Of a DNA stretch of 64,000 nucleotides, positions 42,657 to 56,700 are shown piece after piece. The position numbers and the translations under genes are program-made. The stretch's first letter is position 1. The number at the start of each line of letters is the position of its first letter. The stretch is from the NCBI GenBank assembly GCA_964234715.1, contig OZ174279.1; one strand, written 5' to 3'. Source of the DNA: Podarcis melisellensis (taxonomy: Eukaryota). Below the pieces are notes generated by a model that saw only the letters and a program-made list of their open reading frames with translations, was not told the DNA's origin and did not search any database.

Positions 42657-43666
42657 AATAAGTAGTACTTGATTCGGTTCAAGCATTACTGTTTGAAAAT
42701 TGAAAATTAGTAAAGACTAAATGTAATGGCAAATTCAGTGGCCACAAAGGTAGATATATTTTAAATGCACCTTTACAAGTTATTATTCTGGACTTTCCTC
42801 TTGTGGTCCTGATGACTATTGCTCCTCTGAAGCTATTTCCACTTAAAAGTAAGCTCCCTTTGGCAGCAATGCAAGTCTTTCCCCAAATGCAAGTCTTATC
42901 CCAAAGAAGGTTAGCATAGGTGGTCACAGGATTTACCTGAAGGACAAAAATGTAACAGCACAAATGCTAGCTAGATCTTAAAATAAAAATTCAAGCACAA
43001 CATTTGCTGTACTTGCAGTATAGATTACAGATGAAAACCAGTACTCAATTATGTACAGGATCAGTGCTTCTGAATATAAAAAACCTACAAAATCATCAGA
43101 GACCAAAGAGATTTATATGTAGTGCCATTACTGTATTCCTGAAATCTCTCCCAAATTTAGAGCTCTCAGCACTTGGCAAGACAAAAAACCATTTTGTATT
43201 TTGGTTCTCTTGGGACAACACTGATAAAGGAAATTACAGATGCAAAACTGAAGCCTATCCAAACAATATCCTGTGCATCTGGAATGTTTTCATATTTTTA
43301 AACTGAGGATCTGCTGATGAAATCCAGAAAACAAACAGATTACGTCATCAATATTTCTGCTACATTAACATCCAGATGTTACTTATGATGTGCATATGGG
43401 GGGCAGGGAGGAATAGAAAGGGAGAGGGAGATCCTGGACAAAACTCCTTGGAGAGGTAGTTGTGTCAATGCTTCAAAAGCACAGAACCCAGTCAGTAAGT
43501 AAACTCACATTCAAACATACAAATAAATCAAAACTTACAGGATGAATCTAAATATGCTATGAATAATACTGAAAAGATTGAAAGCAACGAAAGTTCTCCT
43601 ACTTGGGCTTTGAAAAATATACAAAGTTCAGGCCTCTTGTGTACAAAAAGATTTAAGTGTTAGTAC

Positions 43667-43700
43667 TTTAATATATTTATACACTGAGTGTCACTTTATT
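43667..43700 (-). terminator. Candidate proximal RHBDD1 poly(A) signals (AATAAA 43700-43695, ATTAAA 43672-43667)
   Basis: Two hexamers ~0.9 kb after the stop, followed on the - strand by U/GU-rich sequence. Confidence 0.4.
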
Positions 43701-44587
43701 ACTTAAAAAAGATACATCACTAGCACACAACTGTGCCCAAAGGCACTGCAGAAGGGCTGCCAGGAGCTTCTTTTTACACACCATAATGTTTAGTTCTTAA
43801 ATTATACTGAAAACAATATGGATGGGTTTAACCAATCAGCAGATCTAAAGAGGGCATATCCTAGCCAGATATAAGCTGTTATCTAGAAGACCTAAACTGT
43901 ATCTTGAACTTTTCTGAGGCACATCAAATTCTGTTCCAGAGCATTTGAGATGTAAATGCTATGCAGAGAAGCAGCTGGCAGAAGCTTCCACACTGAGCTC
44001 AATGTAAAGCAAGACTCAGCATTATCCAACAATGAAAAGCGTGCCACAAGCCCATCTCACTCAAGTGAATGGGTGCTGCCCACGTATAGTTCCTGCACAT
44101 CTCTCTTCCCTTTCATGTCAATTGTGCTTGCACAGATATTCCAAGTCAATTGTACTCAGAATTTTAAGCATTCCAAATAGAAAATAAACATTTTCATTAT
44201 ACATTTGCATCCACACAGTATGTATTCAAAACACAAGCAAATGTGTTTTTACAATATAATTTACAATATAATTGTAAATATAATACAAATATAATTTAAG
44301 AACTGAGTTTTGTGGCGCGAGAAATCCCCTTTGGTTTTGTCTGCAGTGTCTTTGAATGTAACTCCAAAAGGAAGTACCTTGCAGGGTGTAAGGGTTTAAA
44401 GAAACTTTTTCAACTTCACTTTTAACTTTGGAAGCCCAGAGGCAAAGCAAGTGCACATTTTCCACACACCCTGGTACAATAATTTGCAGGAAACATTATT
44501 TTCTGAGAAACTGCTAAACTGATAAAGATTGGACAGTGCTCTAGCAACTGGGAAGAGCCCTTTATATATTTTAGAGACCAGAGAATT

Positions 44588-44700
44588 TTACCACCTCTCA
44601 AATCGATTAAGTCTTTGCCTTCTAAGTTCTTCAACTGATGGCTCTTCTGGTGGAAGCCAGAAGCCGTAGGGTCTCCTCTCATTGCTGTAATGTCTTGGGC
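44588..44700 (-). CDS. RHBDD1: RHBDD1 last coding exon (p97/VCP-binding motif)
   Basis: cag|(G)PRHYSNERRPYGFWLPPEEPSVEELRRQRLNRFERW*. Confidence 0.9.
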
Positions 44701-47700
44701 CTGTTAAGAAAAGCAAATACCAATCACTGTCATCTTCCGAAATCTACAACAGGCATATTTCTGAGGATTTTTAACATATAGTTTTATAATGTTAGGTCAG
44801 ACCCAAATCTGCAAGCTGCTGCTGCTAATATACTAGGCTTTATAGTATGTGTAACAATTCTGAGTCAAAAGAAAGACTTGTCAATGGAACAATTTACGCT
44901 TTCTCATCAATTTGACACCCGTCCCCTTGAGATTTCTTACATTGGCTCCTCTGTGATGAAATGCATCAACTGCTGTAATAAAAAGGGGTGACCACCACCC
45001 CCATACACATACACACCTCATATCCCACACTAGTTTTCAGTCAGTGCTCTCTTTTTGTCTCCCATAGAAGACATATAGCAATCAAATTTTCCAACCCCGA
45101 GAAGAGAAAAGAAGTTCAGTTTAAGCTCTCGCTCTCAAAAGTAATTTCTTCTATTGCTGAAAGGAATTTCCAGTGGAACAAATAGTTTGTGGCCATGCAG
45201 TGTTGCCTGAATATTTAAAAAAACCTGTCTGTGTTCAATTATCATTTTGGGAAAAAAGAACAGCAATTGCTAGCAGTTTATGGACGAGCTAAGATGCAAG
45301 TCAATTTCATGAGAACAACAGGATACTGAGACTTCCTAAAGCAGGGAAGAGGTGAGCTCCTCTTCCCAACTACACATCTATGATTTTGTCAACTAGGGTG
45401 ACCATCCAAATAAGTGAAGAAGGATGGCTCAGAGAGTCATGGTCTTTTGCTTTTGAAAAAAAATTGGGCAGTGAGGTCATTTTAGGTCCAGAGTGATGGT
45501 GAACCTAAGATTTGTACCTTTGCATTAGCTATTACAAGTTGTGCTGACTACCAACAGTTTATAGGCAGCTTTAAAAAGGACTAGACAAATTTGTGAAAGG
45601 TGTAGCTAATAATAATTGAAGGACCTGACAACTAACTGAAACATCCATGTTCACAAGCAATGTCTCTCTGAATAGCAGATTCTGGGAAGGGCCAGAAGGG
45701 CCATTATTGCTATGCCTGAGCCTCTGGCAGGCTACTATTAGAAATGGGATGGACCTTTCGCCTGATCCAGCAGAAGAGTTATTAGGCATACAGGAGACAG
45801 AACTGTGCATGAAGCGGTGGCTCTCTGAGGTTTCTGCATGATCAGCTGAAGAGCCAGGCTGTTTGGTTTAAATGTCTCTGCCTTGGGTGTTTAGTTGTAT
45901 TATTTTAAAACCAATTTTTGTTGTTTATATTGTATGGTCATAAATCTTCTTGAGAATTATGTGAAAGGAGATGAGCAAAGCAAAACAACAAATCAAGCAT
46001 TTGCACAGATCACTTCCTATGTTTTTCCCTATGTTTTTATTTTTATCTGTAAACCGTCTTGAGGCCCTGTCTGGGAAGAAGGTGGGTATAATTTTTTATT
46101 TTTTTTTAAAAAAATTATAATGTCAATATTATCTTGTTCATTTAGAGGAAATAAGCAAGAACCATACAATTTACTACAATTAGAATATTTATTTACACAA
46201 AATGGAAGAGTATTTTTTAAAAAATGACATTGCAGCCTACAGTGCCAATATGCAGTTCAATATGCAAAACATAGGGCCCTTCCAAGCCCACTTTGCTTGG
46301 ACCATAACCTTAGTTACTAGCATGAGGATAGCAAGGGACAGCTAAAGGTGGGAAATTTCCTTATATGGATGTTTGAAGCAAGAAACCCAGGAGAACGAAG
46401 GAAAGACTGAAACAATCAGAAATGAGAAATGTTCATAAGCAAATAATTGTAGTTCAGATCTCACAATTGCTTTAGGTGAGCAAGACTTGTGTAGTACAAT
46501 GGGCAGAAAGGAGGACTGATTAAACACAATAATTAATCACCTTGAAGAAAAACGAACACTATGCCTGCTATAGAGGAATGGCTGATAAAACTCATGGACT
46601 TGGCTGAGATGGCAAAGTTAACACGTTTAATTAGAGAAAAATTATTGACATTTATTCAGGACTGGAAACTTCTTACGGACCACTGTAAACGTGACAGCAA
46701 ATGTGTCAGATATGCACTGATTTTTCAGAGTAAAATGTATCTGTGCCTAAAGTAAATACAAAGACAAGGAATCGAATTTAGCATACACTTTAGTATGTAT
46801 GGGAGGTTTCTACTGCATCTAAACATCAAGAATTAAAATAGTGACTGCTCTAGTGAACAATATTAATTTAGATGCTGATCATGCTTCAGGAGTTCCAGGA
46901 GATGGCACCAGAGGCTCACAGGCAACACATTAGAGGAAAGTAGGACAAACTCCAGTCAACAAAGCATTCCGCATAGTAAGCAGAATTAGGCTTATTTTGA
47001 AACAGATGGGCTCTACAGAAGCTGCAGCACTGAATATTATAGAGTTGTTTATTGTCTGGCTGGTTTGAAACCCAGGGATTATTTGCTAGCAACTAGCACT
47101 TTCTGTGTCACATCGGGTTTCATCTAAAACAGAATAAAGTGAAAGCCCACTGGGATATATAGATATACATTTTTTCTACTAATCCACTGTTGAATTCAGA
47201 ACTGAAACTTGCTATTATGTGGTCTATTCAGCACAGGAGTGCTTTTTTTCTGGAAAGATTAGCAGCATACCCGACATCCTAACCCTGATGTAGAACAGCT
47301 AGCTAACAGATTTTGTCAGAGCTGGGAATTGCACAGAAGTACTACGAAAAAATATTTACCACTGTTGGCACTTGTTTTTGAAACATCATTTTGAACACCC
47401 TATATTCAATAGCATAAAGAGATCACCTTGGAACTCTCGAGTGCATTGTGAGATGGTCATACTCTAAAAAAGGGTTGTTAAATTTGCAAAGCAACTAACA
47501 CCCTTCCCAATCATGAGTTGGGATAGAGCATGAAGAACACTTCAGTCTAGAAGTTTTAAAAGATACAGTTATTGTATGCCACCGACTTGCACAGTATATC
47601 ACAAAACCCCTGTCTGTTACTTGTAGAAGAGTTAATAAACTTTTGTTCAGACTACAATGTTATCTAAGAAATAGTAACATGAGGTGTGAGTCATCAAAAT

Positions 47701-50700
47701 TCCACAATAAAACTATTAGCATTACGAGAACAGAGGGTAGTTGGAATGCAACAGTGATAATAAAACGGGGGACTTGAATACTTGAGAAATACAAAATGAG
47801 TAAGAAAATGTATTTTACTGAACCAAAGCACTCAATCCAACGTGCTCTATAAATGCTCTTGCAGAGATTGGTCCAGTAAAAGAGGCTGTAAAAGGTTATA
47901 AAAACACAGAACACATGATAGACCAAAACCCAATTAACTAAGAGTGCCTCAACTACAAATTTTGCCAACTATCTTTACTTGGTCTTGACTAGATGCAACT
48001 TCAGCTGACTCATTCTTAGTCACAGCTAGACACTCCATAAATGTGATGGATTCAGTTCAATTTATCATGGGCTGGATGGAGGAATCCTCATAGAGCAGGA
48101 TAGTTAACTGGTGGTCATCCAGATGTTGCTGAATTGTGACTCACATTATCCCTGACCATTGGGTAAGCTAGCAAAGCTGATTAGTGCTATAATTCAGCAA
48201 CATCAGGAGGGCCACAGATCCCCTACCTGTCCTAGAGCATAGCAAAGCCCAGTTCTACCACCATCCACAATTTGACAGTGAGGCTCTGCCATTATAGGGA
48301 AAGGGAGGCCTGTATGCACCTCCATATCCAATTTGGTCAAGCTAATTCAAGGAGCTAATGAACATGGGGCCATAAGATGCAAAAAAACAATGTTCTCAGG
48401 TTATAGAAGGTAATACTCTGACCCTGACAAAGGGATTCCTTGGATGGTCCTAAGAACAGGACCAATGGGTTCCAGAGTAGTACAAAAAATTATTCAGCAT
48501 GATCATCATGAACTGATCTCATCAGGATGGACATATGTTCTGTCATGCTAGCAAAGAATCTCAAATCAGCCGATTACACTAATGCTGCCCTGTACAACAA
48601 CTCTAGGCTTTCTTACTATAACTTTGGAGACCTATATGATCAATTTCATCCTTCCTACAGGGAGCAGCAATAGGAATAGCACAAGTCATTGACCCAGGAA
48701 GTATCACTTTCTAGCATTTCTTGGGGACATCAGGAACTACCTAGAATAGGTGAAAGTAGGAAACATGTGGCCCTCCAGATGGATGACAATGTTCATCATC
48801 CTGGACCACTGATCATGCCGACTGGGCTGATGGGAGCTGGGACACCAACAATATCCATGAGGAACCTGCATAAGAAACTGAAGGTAACAAACCCAAGAAA
48901 ATCCTGATAGGTAACACAAGATGTTTACGGCCTTTCTTGTAATGTTAAAATGTCTGCTTGAACACATAATCCAAATGTTTATTTTTATGTATCATTTATG
49001 TATCCCCAAATAAGATTATGACGTATCATTTGGCTTCAGTGAAACATTTAGGGTTGCCATATCTTGAAGAGCAATTATGGATCGCTATGACAACTCTCAT
49101 TTTACATACCCATGAAAAAGAGGCCATGTCCTAGAAAAAGAGGACATATAGCAACCCTACAATACCAAGAATGTTGGTTTATAACTTCAGGCAAGGAACA
49201 AGCACTAGAAGCAAACAAAGGTTTCTTTTCACAAAAATCTTGTTTGATAACAAACAAGCAAAAAACCCAACATATAAAAATGTGGGGGGAAATGTGACCT
49301 GTAAATAGACTGCTTTCTGTCTAGGATGTTTTCTTCCTGGTTGCCAACAACTTATTTCTTAAAATAAAATTTAAAAAGTGTTTATTATGGAAATAGCAAA
49401 CCAAACACATTTCACAAAGTCCAAAAGAAAATAACCTTGAAGGTCATTTTGAGGATTAATTACTACGTGCATGCAAAACTATGAAGAGTTTTACAACTTG
49501 CTCAGAATCTCTCACTGCAATGGGTAAAGTTATTAGGACAAGAGTTCTTTCTAAACACGTGTCTGTAACATGTAGATTTCACAATGAATTTCATAATCAA
49601 ATACTTTCATAACTGGTTGGAAATTCCCCCCCCCCCAATTTATCAAGGGGACAAATGAACAGTTTTAGTAACATTTGAACAACTGGCACCAAACGACAAC
49701 CTCGGTTTTGGCTTTAATTCATCTCAGATGAGAGACTGTTTATTCCCTAACAACACTGTTTGGTCTTGCTAATTATGTTGTAATGCCAGGGCATTCTTTC
49801 TTGTGTGTCCAAAGTTCACAAAGAGCTTCTGGGTACTGTATAAAGAATACATAATGCATTACCCAGCAGTTTTTCCCCCCTATTGGCAGTACAGCTGGGC
49901 TTGTCTTTCCAAACAAAAAACAGCAACGTATACGACAGCACTCTATAAAAGACACACTGATATTACATTCAAGTTGCGGGTGGGAGGGAAATGCTTCTTC
50001 ACAAAAAAAACAACAACGGGTATTTAAAATGCGTACAAAGCAGAAATGGGCTGAATAAATAAATGGGAAGATCTTGGCAACGATTATTGCTCCCTTGCAC
50101 CTTTTTGCTTAGTCTTCAGCATCACTGCCATTTTTGTTCCAAAGGATGACAAATAAACGAATTGGTATAAGTGATATGGTCCCCTGTAGNNNNNNNNNNN
50201 NNNNNNNNNNNNNNNNNNNNNNNNNNNNNNNNNNNNNNNNNNNNNNNNNNNNNNNNNNNNNNNNNNNNNNNNNNNNNNNNNNNNNNNNNNNNNNNNNNNN
50301 NNNNNNNNNNNNNNNNNNNNNNNNNNNNNNNNNNNNNNNNNNNNNNNNNNNNNTTCAAACCCCTTCATCAGGAACAGGGAACAAGAGCAAAACATGTCAG
50401 AGATGTCACCTGGCTACTTAGCCAATTTCCACATGAACATACAATTCAGAGATGCTTCTTCTACAAACTTCAAGAGAGGTTTCCAATGGCATGGTGTGCT
50501 ACTGTACATGAATAGCCTGCTGCAATAAGACACCAACCACAGAGAACAATTTTTTCATAGTATTCACTGGTTCCCAGGGCCTATTTGGACACTCTCCAAA
50601 GGTCGGCTTTCCCTCTGAAAGCATGGGGTGGGGAGCATAAAGGTGGCAAAGTGCACTCTGTGTGGGTGGAAGGAACACTAAAAAGACCTTCAGAGATTAA

Positions 50701-53700
50701 GTAGATCCAAAGTCCTCAGAAAACACTGCAGTTTCTAAGTGAGGCACCTCCAGGTCTCCAGTGCAATTAGAGTAGCTCAATAAGAGATCTAAGTTGTAAT
50801 CATCAAACACAACTATATAGGTATATGCACATGGGTGACTTTCACAGGTGCACTCCCTGAAGTCACACTACAGAACTACTCATGTCATTTCAACCCCCCA
50901 CTAACCGACCATGCAGTTATTTCCGTGGAGCAAACAATAATTTTCTCCTTCCAACTACTATGACACTATCCCTGATCCAGCATCAATAGCTTGACTGTGC
51001 AAACGTTGACTGTATTCACAGGTAACATTAGTCCAAGGTGTGTAGTTGGTTTATATCCTAATGTGCACAATTTCACACCAAGTCAAGGCTCATGGTTTGT
51101 TGCTCCTAGTCAGACAAATTAAGTAGTAAAACTGGAGCACTCAAGCTGTGTACACCAACACATAGCTCATGCAAATTATGGTAAACAGCCACACATACCA
51201 ATGCAGCCAGCAGGAATGTGAGGGAAATTCATTTAACTTTGTTTCTCTCATTATAGTTATAACTTCTTCCCCATATAACTTCTTCCCTGAATACCATACA
51301 AATCAATGCTCTGGATGACAAGGTCTGCACACCAGCAACTTGTTGGCTGGCTTTGTTTTGTAGAAGCACAACTACTTCAAGGAACTGAATGTTTGCTTGT
51401 GAATAAGTGTAAGTCACCACAGACATAATCCAATAGGTGTTTTCAACAGCCATACAAGAATATACTCACTGCTACAGTGGAACCTCGGGTTGCGAACGTG
51501 ATCCGTGCAGGAGGCACGTTCACAACCCTCAGCATTCGCAACCTGCGCACACACACAGGTTGTGATTTGGTGCTTCTGCACATGCGCAGAAACCCGGAAG
51601 TAACCCGTTCCTGTACTTCCGGGTTTGGCGCAGTGCGCAACCCGAAAATGCTTAACCTGAAGGTCTGTAACCCGAGGTACCACTGTATTTCCGCAGTAGT
51701 AGTCATACTACTGGTGGCTAATTTTGATTTCCCCAGATCAGAACTCTATGAAAAGCTGAAAAAGTGGCTTGACTTGAAACTAAATTACTTAATTTCAGCA
51801 GGAAAGCAAAAACAAATCAAACGTATTACAACATCTAGGAGTGCTAAAACTGCCTCTCCTCCAAAGGCACTAAATATATTCCTGCCCCGATCTTCAGACA
51901 CAAACTTGCATTATCCCAAATACATTACTTCCCTTCTTGAAGAAGTAGGCTTCTAAGCAGAGAAAAACTCTTCTGATTTTATTTACATCACTGAATGATC
52001 CAACAGAGCAGGGCTACTTCTAGGTAAGTCTCTCTTGGCTAGTGTTTCTATACTGGATAAAGAATCCCAACCAAGATAGACTTCTTTCCATTAACATTCT
52101 GCTTACTTAGACATTTTATATTACATGGTCAAAACAGTTAAGTAATGTTTTGCTGTACTTCATTGATTTTACAAGATGAGCCAAACCCATAATTAACAGG
52201 TTTATTTGTTTTAGATTTTAAGCATATCTTAATAACAGTGTGTCAGTGAGCTAACTATGGTTGTGGGCAAGATATCTTAACAAAAACAAAGTCCAGCAGT
52301 GTCAAAACAAGATCAAGTATTATATGACCATGTTGTTGGTACCCTCCCTGTTTCTATGCCATACCTTGTATAGAGACATGTATTTTTTTTTAAGTTCCTG
52401 TGTGGCACAAACATCCATTTCAAAGCCCTGATAGAGGAAACCAAAGGAATATGAATATGATTTTTTTTTATCTGTGCACAATATATTTTAAGATTTGTGT
52501 GCCCACATTTCTGTGATGTTCATCTGTTTCCAATTATTTGTTTGTATTGACTGTATCAGAGACACACCATCACTGACATCTTTTATCTCGTTAGCAACTT
52601 CAATGTGTATTATTAGTAACGGAATTTACTGACTTTTTTGTAGTAATTTTCATGTGGGAAGTAAACTAACACAGCTGTGGCTTTGTAAACAGAAGCCAAT
52701 CATAAACCACTGTATTTCCTGGGAACACAAACTAATGAGCATCCAGAGCTATTTAAAACCATTATTGAACACTATATAAGAGGCAGAGCACTTGGCACTT
52801 CCTGCATCCTGGGCCAAGAATTGGAGGATGTATGAAAGTTTTAAATACTTGCATTCTAATAGGGAGAAAGCTGAGATATTACAATCAACTACTGAAACTA
52901 CAAAGTTTTGAGTTACACAAAGCAGAACTGGAAGATCTATCTATAAGTGTGAATATGAAGACAAGTAGCCATTTAAGATGGACAGTCATCAAATAGCCAG
53001 AGATAGGGTCTTTTGTCCAGTGGTACCCAGACTGTGGAACTTCCACCACAGGCATATTTGCCTAGCACCAACATTATAATATTTTCTATGCCAAACAAAC
53101 ACTGTCTTATCCTCCTGATTCTCTGATGGCAAATAATACAGATAGGATTATTATTTCAGCTGCTCTTCTGTATATTTGAAGCTGGTTTAAAAAAATGATT
53201 TGTAGGGTGCCTTGAAGACCAAACTTGAAAGAAAGGTGGGTTAATTTAAAAAGAGAAAAAAGAGAGAGAAAGGGTCACTTTAAACTGTTTTGTGGAAAAT
53301 CCATTCAACATGGAATGAGTGGTAGGAGGAAGGCTAATCCTCAAAAGCTACAATTGCTATTCCGGTAATTGTTCTTGCTTTTACCAAGGTTATAAATTTT
53401 AAATTCCAGACATGTCTTTAGAAGATGATGCAAGTTATAGTTTCAGACAGTCCGAAGTTAGCCACACTCCAGTGATATGATACAATCACCAGGGTAGGAA
53501 AAAACAAGATTCCACCCCCCTGCCTGAAGGGACAATTTACCCCACAGCTGAACTCACATTATTCCAATCACTATGAGCTGCACATAAACAGCAAGAGTAA
53601 CACCACACCACACCATGGTGTCATAGAGCTGTCTGCTCTGTAGACATGATTATGCAAATATGCTCTCCCACACACTATGGAGAAGCAGAAACCCTTCAGC

Positions 53701-56700
53701 CTCACCAGCCAATACCACCCCTAGCATTTGACAAACAGATGTTAAGTGTGAAGCAAAACACACCCAGAGTCTAACCCGATTGAATTTTTTAAAAGCTTTA
53801 ATTAGAATAATTATTAAAATAGTAAACGGTCAGACTTTAAACAGACTCAATGCACAACATATAATAATAGAAAAAGTCAGCGGCTAACTAAACAAATATG
53901 ATATAAATATTAAATACAGGCTGTGCAGAAACATCCAGCCTTATTCAGTAAAAAAGTCTCAATCATCCCCAAACCCTAAAGCGAGAGAGACTGGTTTTTA
54001 AAACCTCCACACACAAAACCTCAAACTCAGAAATTATTTTAGTAATTCGTCATTGGTTTTTGACCAATTTATTCTACTGTTTACTCTTCAAATAAAATCA
54101 TTTACAAAACAGCAGCGGCATTTCCAGGCTCCCTGCCTTCTAGGTCCTAATAGTAAATTTAAATTGATGGTCCCATATGCCTTCAGACATGTTGTTCCAG
54201 TGCATCTTTAAGATAGGAGTGCCAAAACCACCTAAGTGTTTTAAGACTAGTCTGCAAGCCAACACTGCACCTGCTACTGAAAAAATGAACCATGAACAAA
54301 GTTAAACTTCGAGAACAACAGGAAAAAAAGAAAATACAAATTTATGAGGCTCTGCATAGGTTCTCAGTAGAAAGTGAGATTCCTTACCTCTATCATTCAG
54401 ACTATTTCTGAGGGCCCTTTCAACCTGTTCTTCTTCATTCAGTCCACCAGTATACATGCTGTAATCTCTCGTTGAGTGCGATGGGTAACCTGGGTGTCTA
54501 AAATTCTCTACACAGATCACATACAGAGAAAGAAAGTGTGATACCACGAGTGACTACTATATCAAATTACAGTACTGAATTTGCTCTACGTTTTCCCTCA
54601 ACCCTCCGGAGCAGATTTGTAGAGGGTATGGGGGTGTGGGGAGAAAGAGAGGAAGAGCAAGTTCCATTCCTCAAGTGGAAGTATTTGTGCTAGTGGTAGA
54701 ACCTCACTGGATACTGACCATTATATCTGTAACTTGCTTTTTAAGAACTAAGAGGTAGGTAATAGTGCAAGGAAAAATGCTGTGAATACTGTAGTAATCA
54801 CAAAAAAGAAAAAGAGTCTATTAAAGCCTGTTGCAATTCAGCTAGGCCCTAAAAGGATGTAAACCCAACTTTTTTGCACATGTCCCTATTTGCACTGATA
54901 ATCACACATGTAAGTGGATTCTGTATGTTTGATTCCTAAGCCCAATCCAGCAACTGAGTCTACACTCTGTGTGGTCTAGTAAAAATGTCTAGTACTCCAG
55001 TGATAGCTTGCAAGGGTGAGCCAAGAGCTGAATTCACCCATTGGATGATCTCACTTCCCCATAAAATAGTTGATCAACACAATTCCAATTTCTTTTATTA
55101 GGCTGCTGTGTGTGCTCAGCATGATCAGGGTGTACATGAATAATGGTACTTTGTTTGCTCTTTTTATTCATGAACAAGGATAATCATCTTCTGGTAAACA
55201 GAGCAGCAATTAAAAGACCAGCATAAACCAAAATGCTCTCCTTTCCACTTATCATTGAGAGAAAGCTCACCAGCCCTAACACACCTGGTAATACAGGACA
55301 TCCTGGCCAGGCAGACCTCTCAAATTCTGTATTTCCCCGTGTATAAGACAATTTTTATTATTATTTAAAAATGTTTAAAATTGTGGGTCGTCTTATACAT
55401 GGATAGTGCAGAGGGAGGATGGGCGATTGGTGGCAGCTGCGAGAAGACTGTCAGTGGTGATTGGGCGGGTGATTGGTGGCTACAGCAAGGCCTGCTGGTG
55501 ATTGGCTGCCGCTGTGGCGATTGGGCGGGTGATTGGTGGCTGCAACAAGGCCTGCTGGTGATTGGCTGCGGCAGTGGCAATTGGGCGGGTGTTTGGTGGT
55601 GAGCAGGCAGATGATTTGTGGCTTCAGCGAGGCATGCGATTGGCAGCGGCAGTCAGGCGGGTGAGCAAGTGTCCCTGCACTGCCTTTGATGCAGCTGCCT
55701 GTCTCCACCTTGCCAGGCAGTGCTCCTTTAAACTTCTCTGTTGAGGGGAACACAGCCGCACACTCTGCAATGGAAAAGAATGATGGAATCTGCAGCCCTG
55801 ATCCCACTCCTGCAAGCAGGATCTCTCAGCTGGGAAGCGGGGGCTTCATGTTCCCCAGCTGAGCAGCCCCCATCTCGCTTCTGCTCACCGGAACATCAGG
55901 GCTCGCTCAGTTGGGGGCAGCAGGATTTCCTGCCTACAGCTGAGCAGCAGGCTGGGGCCAGCTGCATTGTCCCCAGCCCACCAGACGCTGAGCTGAAAGC
56001 GTCTCAGGTCCCACCATGAGAGCTAAGGCAGTTTCTCCCAGTGCCTTGCCAGCTGGGGCTAATGCAGCTTGTTTCAACATTGCGGTTTATCGCCAAACTG
56101 CGATGTTTTGCTGAAAACAGATCGCGATGTTGAAAACCTAAGCCCATCCCTAATCAGAGCATGTGTGGGCACACACACTCACAACAATATCAGAGCCTCA
56201 ACTCCAAAACCACCACAGCTACACGCTTTATAAATCTGGTTAATGGAAGGAGAATGAATGCATGTCAGCTACATTGGTGAGCAATCCTTACCTTGTGGCT
56301 AAACCCAGTATAGATCAAACACCATACTTCCCTTGACTCAGAGGGCAATGGTATTCAAACATTTACATTCCTGACACTGAGAAAAAGGCAGAGGCACCAC
56401 AAAGCAGATTGAAGCACTACAGAAACAGAAGAGTGCTCCAATCTGCTATTATATTTCCTGAGCACTTTCAGATAAGTGAGTACAACCTAAGTTACTTACC
56501 TGTATTGTATCTGTTTCTTTGTTCTGAAAAGTCAGTTTGAGAGCGAAAGCCACCTAGCAAGAATGTATTTAATATTCATAAGAATTTATCATATTGCCCT
56601 TTTACAACTTTGAATTTGACAGATTCATCTATCTAGAAGTATAACTGTTACAATTCCATCCTGTTAACATGTCTATTGAGTTTTGACAATTTTCTTCTAA

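Noticed and set aside
51477-51956. 159-aa ORF in an RHBDD1 intron
   Set aside because: Starts inside a mariner MITE TIR, has no recognisable domain and no transposase motif
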